Assembly (NCBI GenBank): GCA_012295275.1
Contig: CM022670.1
Coordinates: 22,258,001-22,322,000, forward strand
Origin: Chrysomallon squamiferum
Taxonomy: Eukaryota > Animalia > Mollusca
DNA: 64,000 nucleotides
Direction: 5' to 3'
A model generated the notes under the pieces. The model searched no databases and was not told where the DNA came from. It was given only the letters and a program-made list of their open reading frames with translations. A program made the position numbers and the translations under genes. This document shows, one piece after another, positions 51,301 through 64,000 of this stretch (position 1 is the stretch's first letter; each line of letters begins with the position of its first letter).

Positions 51301-53257
51301 CTGAAAATTTAAATGAAATAACTGAAACTGAAACAATCTTGAAATACCCTTTATCATTAATTAAAACATCAAATAGCTAATTTTGCCCTACAGACCAGAA
51401 TACTGGTGTAAATTGTAAAAGAAAATAAGAAGATATACACATTCACTTAAGCAGTGATAAATTTAGAATATTAAATTAATGCATAAAAGTTAAAACCTTT
51501 TAGTGCAGTGATAGTACATATAATATATTCATAGTAAAATACATATGAAACTGAAGGACTTAGAACGTATTTCAAGTGATAAATGCACCAAGTGTGTAAT
51601 AAGATAGTAAACCACACAAACATGAAATGTATAAAATAAAAAAGAAATTAAAGAAATAAGATTACCTCTCCAATTCTCTCGTCAGCAATCCATATCCCAC
51701 GTAGGACAGACCAGCACATCCATATCCATGAATTGTGGGTCCTAGGGCTCCAAGTTCCCCCATTTCACGCATTATAGCTGTATCAAAATCTGAAAGAGAA
51801 ATTATTTTTAAAGTACTAAATATAAATAAACTGTTTTAATATATAGCACTGACGTGTTATACAATAGTCTGGTATTTTTAAAATTATTTATAAAATTAAA
51901 GATTATGAAAAACCCAGCTCAAAACAAATGTATAAATATAATTTGAAAATAAAATGTAAAATTGCAAAAGATCAGATGTAATGTAAAAATAACACCATTA
52001 CTGTAGATCAGTTATAAAATCCTTTTTAAAAAAAGGAATAATTGTTTAAACATCACATGAAAAATTAGGATTTAATATTTCGTAAGTATAAGAAACAGCA
52101 GTGTTTTTTTGATTTTGCATTAACCAATAGCTATCCTTATGACATTAATATGTTAAATATCATTGTAGATTTATAAATAAACAAATAAATAAATAAGACC
52201 AATAAATCTGAACATTAAAAAAAGCTACCCTATTAGTAATAAATGGACATTCAGCATTTTGAAATTTAAGTCTAAGTGCAAAAAAATTACTAGCAAACAA
52301 TATTTCTAAATTAAAATGAACAGCCTACATTCCTTTCTGTTAGCTTCAAGAATTCTTGGCATTAGCTTCTCAGTGCAGTAGGATCGGAACTGATTTTTCA
52401 CAATGATTTCTTCTTCAGTTAGTTGACTCTCAAAATTCAAAGCATCATGCCAATTAAAATCAACTAAAATTAAATAAATTAAGCATTGTTTAAAACAACT
52501 TTCAAAACTAATCATAATAAGTAAAATATGCTATCTGTAACAACTCTGAGAATTTGTAAAAATACTAAATTATTAATATTATTTATATAATCATAACAGT
52601 TTTTAACATAAAAATGTGTCAAAATACATATTAACTTAATCAAAATGTAAGTTTATGTGCAGAAGTATACACAGTTGCAAGACTTCTGTAAGGAAATATA
52701 TATTCAAAGTCAGAATAACATAAACATTAACAGAAAGATTGTTATGGATCTGATATTGGTGATGTTTTTTGGTATAAAACATATATCATAAATCACTAAA
52801 ACTGCTATGTCATCAAACTGTATAAAGGCCATATTATTATTAATACTTAATTTGTTTCTACAAAACACAGAAATATGATAAAATGTAAATAAATAAAATG
52901 TAAAAATTAGTTTACCTTGTTCACCTTGAGCTGATGCATAATGTTAAGGAAGGGAATATTAAATAAACTACTAAATACACTAACAAAATTAAAATACACC
53001 TGGTCTTTAAAATTGCAATTTTTGCAATATTCCCATAAAAGAAAATGCCAGTAATAAATTCTGATTTATGTATGTTAAATGTTATTTGTTACATTTTATT
53101 AAAAAACTGTAGCAGTTATCAGTCTAAACATTAAATGTTTATCTGAAATTTATGATTAATTATGATTAATAAACAAGGTCAAATTAAAATTTTATTGGAA
53201 GAATCTCATCTTTTGTTTTCTTTATTAAAATATACATAATCAAATACTGATTACAAA

Positions 53258-53324
<67 letters not shown>

Positions 53325-54077
53325 TAAATAAAAAAATGGAAAATGATGATATAACCATTTAAGACTCCAGCAATGAAGTCCGATCAACAACTGTTATCTT
53401 TTTCAGTGGAGTTGTTCCATGACATATTATAATTTATTTCTTAGTGAATTTAACCACATCTCAGATGTTAATTAAAATGACGGTTTGAGATTATCTCAAA
53501 TTTCACAGTAACTGGTGCTTTCAAGTTTGGGATATGAAAAGATCACTGTCAATATATTTTATTTTTAAACTCATATGAGTATAAATTCTGTTTTTCGTAT
53601 TGCAGTAACCGTCTAACCAATACCTAACAATAATAAGTAATAATAACTGACGTTACTTCTGGAGTTTAAGCTTCATTAGTTTCACATTAGATCTGTCCCT
53701 ATCTATAGTTATATTCTGTCACAATATGATTAAGGAGCATATATATATTGACCATGTGAGAGAAGAAACAAAACTAATTGTTATCTTTTATAAACCGGAA
53801 AGCACATAACAATCTTCGATTAATTAGTTGTGGGGGTAATGGCACGTTTCAAAATACGCAACATTTATTTGCAAATTGATATACGTCTCGTTTTTTTATT
53901 ATTCTTTTTTTTCCTGTTTGTAACAGATAGAATTATATTTTAATTTAAACAACTGGAACTTGATCTCAGAAGGATACGTGTCGCTGAAGTCCTAAAACAT
54001 CGCTGTACAACTGACGTTCTTGAAACGGCAAGAACAGTTCTTATTTTAAACAACCGAAAATGTCTTGACATAGACAT
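48394..54077 (-). CDS. GCDH: Glutaryl-CoA dehydrogenase, mitochondrial (11 coding exons)
   Basis: Arg/Ser-rich transit peptide exon 54077-53978, microexon 52930-52916, then [105 protein letters not shown]. Confidence 0.97.
48669..48725. repeat. (AAG)n microsatellite
   Basis: About 19 GAA units in the last GCDH intron. Confidence 0.9.
53259..53320. repeat. (AAT)n microsatellite (similar tracts near 7146, 9440, 12077, 25744)
   Basis: About 20 AAT units. Confidence 0.9.
53705..53770 (-). mobile_element. Degenerate SINE-like repeat fragment
   Basis: Reverse complement GTTTCTTCTCTC...CTCCTTAATCATATTGTGACAGAATATAACTATA resembles the 37190-37222 copy. Confidence 0.45.
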
Positions 54078-54782
54078 GTTTATTGCTCAGTGATAATATA
54101 AAACAGTCGACAACAATCTGGTATACACTTGGAACATTCGGTAATTTGTCCTTCGGATTTGCCGAAACCTACTATTTCTAGCAGGCTGTTCAACAGCCTT
54201 GATTATTTCGCTCTTTCAAAAAATAAGCATTATGATTATAGAGACTTTGGACAGAAATAACTCATTATTTTTAAAATACATACCAAAGCAAACTGTATAA
54301 TTAAAATAATCATCCATGCCAAAACATTATATTAAAGCAGATTAATGTAAAATAAACAGGCTTTCTTTGATATAATTCAGTGTTAATAATTTTAAAAATT
54401 ACCAGATAGTTTTAAAACCTTTTTTTGTTATTTTTAAGCATTCAAATTACTTATCTTCTTTAATTCAATAAAATTTCATATTTTATCAGTTTTATTGAAA
54501 TAAATAAGTTAACATTTATCCTTATATATTTAAATAACATAAAGACCTCATAATTTTATTTGCATCTATCAGTGAACTATGCCTTTACTACTTCCATGCA
54601 GTGAGTATATGTCTCTGAAATAAGCTTTTAGTCTATTTCTTAGCTAGCACCTTCTTATTGCATGATGCTGTAACATTTTTTTAAAGTTTTGGCATTTCAC
54701 ATTGACCAAACTTAAAAACTTCAAAACTTCTCAATAATGAGAACAACAAAAACAGAGTATTTAATTTTTTATTTTGTTCTGC

Positions 54783-54850
54783 AATGCTCATCTTTCATGA
54801 TACACTTCCATTGAGCATATTATTGTTTATCTGTTTCATGTATTTTGTTT

Positions 54851-54892
<42 letters not shown>

Positions 54893-55072
54893 TCATGTTT
54901 TTTTGTTTGTTATGAATCAAAGAAATGTTCATTCGAGTTAATATGCTGGAGATAGTTTGCAAAATAAACTTTTAAAATACTGAAAAACAATCTAGACAGA
55001 TAAATGCTCATCTTTCATGATGCACTTCCATTGAGCCTATTATTGTTTATCTGTTGCATATATCTTGTTTGA

Positions 55073-55104
<32 letters not shown>

Positions 55105-55148
55105 TCATGCTTTGGGTTTTTTTTTTTTGTTTGTTATGAATCAAAGAA
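54783..55148. repeat. Direct duplication of about 145 nt containing a (GT)n tract
   Basis: AATGCTCATCTTTCATGAT.CACTTCCATTGAGC...(GT)n GATCATG...TGTTTGTTATGAATCAAAGAAA occurs at 54783-54925 and 55003-55148. Confidence 0.9.
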
Positions 55149-55512
55149 AAGATGTGGACCTGAGAAATGGGAATAAAATGTTTCAAACAGGAGGGATTTT
55201 TCAAAGGTTTGTGACTTCTTCTTGCAATCTATACATTGTTTGCTTTTCTTTTTTTCTTAAAGAGAAATAATTTTATTATTTGACAAAGAATTTCTTCAAT
55301 GCAATTTATTACTTTGATATAAGAAGCATTTTGCTGAATTACACAAAAAATATATAAAAATAAGTATTTCACGTTTCCCGACATAAATGTAAGTACCTAC
55401 TGAAGTCTCACACACAAAATGCATTCATCTTAATTCTTTGCATCTTATGCATTACAGAAACCAATTTTCAGAATGTCTATATAATTGTAAATAAATATCT
55501 AAAAATTTCTTT

Positions 55513-60268
<4,756 letters not shown>

Positions 60269-60423
60269 CTTGGTATATGTAAAATTGTGACTATTATAGT
60301 TCCTGAATCATATAAAAATATATAGCGTAAATAATGTCTTGCTACTGTGTTTTGTTTGTTATCGGTTTTTCGCTAATTGTTTTTGAAAGTAACTTTTTCC
60401 ATGAGACAGTGCAATGTATGTTT

Positions 60424-60456
<33 letters not shown>

Positions 60457-63393
60457 AATAATAATAATAATAAGCTTAATACTACTACTACTACTAATAA
60501 TAATAATAATTAAAGGTATTATTAACGTAATTATTAGTAACGAATGCCAAAATTAAAATAAATAAATAAAATAAAATAAAGAGGGAGAAAAGAAAGAAAA
60601 AGGGGATACAGTACGTTTCAGTGACTGCAAACTCATAACTAAGAAACAAAATTATTTTCGAACTAATATTTCAAATTTCGTTATTGTCCCTTTCTATAAA
60701 AGTTCAGAATGTAACCAAATTCAAATATCCTAAGGATGTCAACATCATATATATATATTATAATGAAATGTTCAATATCTGCGACTCAAATTAGAATTAG
60801 TATACAACAATACTCGACTCCTGGTATATAAATGTGCTATCATTTTATCAGATTGTAGTTATTTTTTGAGTATTTTATTTATTTATTTATTTGAACATTT
60901 CTCGTTTAATAATTCAAAGGTTAAAAAACAACACAACAACAACAAAAAACTTGAAAATTATATATAAAAAATTTGTCATATTGTTTTAACTCATACCTTT
61001 CTTTCAAAAAGACTTTTCAGCCTCAGTATGAAAACCATGAGTGTATTATAACAGTGCATTACATTTTACAACAAATTAGAAAAAGATGTTTTTCAAACCA
61101 TAGATATAATGAAAATCACTCTAATTTCATCCACAACTTCTTTTTATTTATTTGGTACTTTTTGTTTTCTTATAATTTTTTTTATATGCCGAGTTAATGT
61201 TTAATAATGATCAATTTATTTCTTTTTGCTGGCATATTGTTAATTGTCAAAGCATAAATATTTTCTTAAACCACTAGATTCGCCTTCTGATATCTTCCTT
61301 AAATCAGTTTCAAACAGTTTTCTACTGAAATATTCGATCGTTTTTTAAATTAAAACTCTCAACCATGTCTGCCAATAAACTTGAAGCTGCGGGACGTCTG
61401 TTCTTACCTATTATAAGTTGCAGAGCTAGATGCTATTATTCCTCTCTTATTTCATATTTTTATTAGTATTAGTAGTATTCGTTGATGGACACCGAAATCT
61501 TCACAAGTAGCTTAAATTTGATTAAAATGAAACCATAACCACACGATGGATTCATATACGAGTATCAAAATTTATTTGATAAATAAAAATTGTATTATGA
61601 GTTTTATGAATAAAATACAATGAAGTTACAAAAATTAAATTTTCGTACGGTACGACAAATGTTCTTGATAAATGTATCTGTTTATATTGTTTTCCCTGAA
61701 TATTTTTTTTTTATATCCGCTCTGATACATGTTAACATGTCACTCAACAAGTATTTACGATTTTACACACGTGCACATAGGTATGTGGGGAAAAAAAAAA
61801 AAAAAAATTATATCTCTAACCTACATTTAGACACATGCGGCAGTATAATAATTTTAACATGATTAAAATGAACAGAATTTTACAGTAGTTCATGTGTGTA
61901 TTAATAACTGTTTTTTTTTTTTTTTTTTTTCTCTAGAAGCCAAAGGTACAAAATATGACCTTTCTGACGATGTTATCTAAAGAAAAATAAGAAAATAAAC
62001 GAATCTTTTGTAAACTAGGTTTCTTATTCCAGACGGTAAACTCATCTTTTGAAAACTAGGTCACGAAAATAAATACCCATGAATTATATGCAGAAATAAC
62101 TTTTCATGGAGAATAAACGACTTTTTAAAATACACATAAAATTTGTAGTTATCTTTTCAGATTTTATAATTTGTTTTTAATGGTTATTACTGAGGTGAAA
62201 CCTGATGGTGCTAGTCCAGACATTAATTTCAGAGGTGATAGTAATATGCATTTCGTATGTCACTCCCATTGTTTGGGAATATATAATTATAGTGCAAATC
62301 CTTGAAGCAGTTTGAGTAACCAAAATGGAATCATAAACCACAAATATTGATATTGATATTTATTCCACATAATACATGAACAAAATAAACAAACATGCTG
62401 GTAAATATATTCATTTGTCTTCAGATTTAAAAATAAATAATAATAATAAATTAAAAATAAGATACTCCTCAATTTGCTAAACAAGTTTATTCCTGCGACA
62501 CAAAAACACAAACAGGAACAAAAAACATGACACTTATTTATGTTGGCATGACAAGCATGGTCAAGACATTTATTAATTAACATTCTTTTATGCTAAGTCA
62601 GTTCTAAGTCTTCTGAATGCAGGTGATGGAACATAGAAATAAAAACCATATACAAAAGAAAACAAAACAGTAAACTAATTGTTTATGTGAAGAAGCAGGA
62701 ATTTGACAGTTTTAATATCATGTATCACTTCTTATTTCCAATTTTCAATCAGTTGGTCAAATATGAAATAAAACATTTAACAAAAGAAAAAAAGAATATA
62801 ATAATACTAAAAAAAAAAAATCAATGACATATGCTCTACTCTGATGATGAAAAAAGAACAAATTATTTAATTCACATTTTCAGATATCTGCTGGTCCAAT
62901 CGTCTTTTAACTGGTGCCTTTTGACAATAATCCAAATAATATTGTAGACTGGAAATTAAAATGCTAACTGAAATATATATAATAAAGAATGTCTGTTACA
63001 TCCATCTAAAGAATTGTCTGCTTATTACATTACAATAGATTAAACAGTATTTAACTGGATAACAATAGAAAAAAAAAAAAAAAAAAGTGGCAAACAGCAA
63101 AAGATTTCAGTCAATTCAACAGATAAATTATTTCAATTAATACATGTTACTCTTTTTCTTCAGATTTTCTAATATATATATATTTTTAATTTTTTTTTTG
63201 GATAACACACCAGATCACATACAAATGGATGCTACCCTCAATCCAAGATCAAACAATTTTTGCATAAGGATGTAGTTTTAAATTGGATTCAGAGGAAGCA
63301 AAACACTAAAGTCCAAACATTGCAATTAACACAGGTTAAAATCCCAATAAATGATTATCAAAGAATTGTCAGATTTTGGGAAAGCTTAATAAG

Positions 63394-63897
<504 letters not shown>

Positions 63898-64000
63898 CTG
63901 CAAGAAAGAAAAAAAAAGAAAAACATATAATATATATCTTAAAAACATTTATCTTAACTTGTATTAAAATGAATTAAAGAAAAATATATTTATAAATTGT

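Larger units (their letters stand above)
52931..53977 (-). other. U12-type GT-AG intron (GCDH intron 1)
   Basis: Donor GTATCCTT (53977-53970); branch point TTCCTTAAC (52951-52943), 12 nt from a CAG acceptor. Confidence 0.9.

Noticed and set aside
60400-62600. Possible gene between FARSA and ELOC
   Set aside because: Only short low-complexity ORFs; no spliceable coding chain or recognisable RNA gene found.

Overview
AT-rich, intron-rich eukaryotic (animal) genomic DNA; the repeats and gene style suggest a gastropod mollusc, which is an inference. Splicing the exons by hand gives, in order: a divergent CDC14 phosphatase (minus, running off the window start); an unrecognised 3-exon 413-aa gene (+); ADCK2 (+); RAB9 (-); SMG8 (+, about 22 exons); PRXL2C/AAED1 (-); GCDH (-); FARSA (-); and the last two exons of Elongin C (-). 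Transposon relics include a DIRS/Ngaro RT fragment, a pogo/Tigger transposase, SINE-like pieces and a possible solo LTR. The most notable observations are: two U12-type (minor spliceosome) introns (SMG8 last intron; GCDH intron 1, followed by a 15-nt microexon); a dead tandem duplicate of a CDC14 exon that is closer to canonical CDC14 than the live copy; a PRXL2C whose redox CxxC reads DxxS; a spliced 136-aa ORF nested antisense in an SMG8 intron; an orphan gene with an RRM/LINE-ORF1-like C-terminus; an E2F/CHR promoter with no adjacent target; and a spliced uORF ahead of ADCK2. No database searches were run; homology calls rest on motifs recalled from known families.
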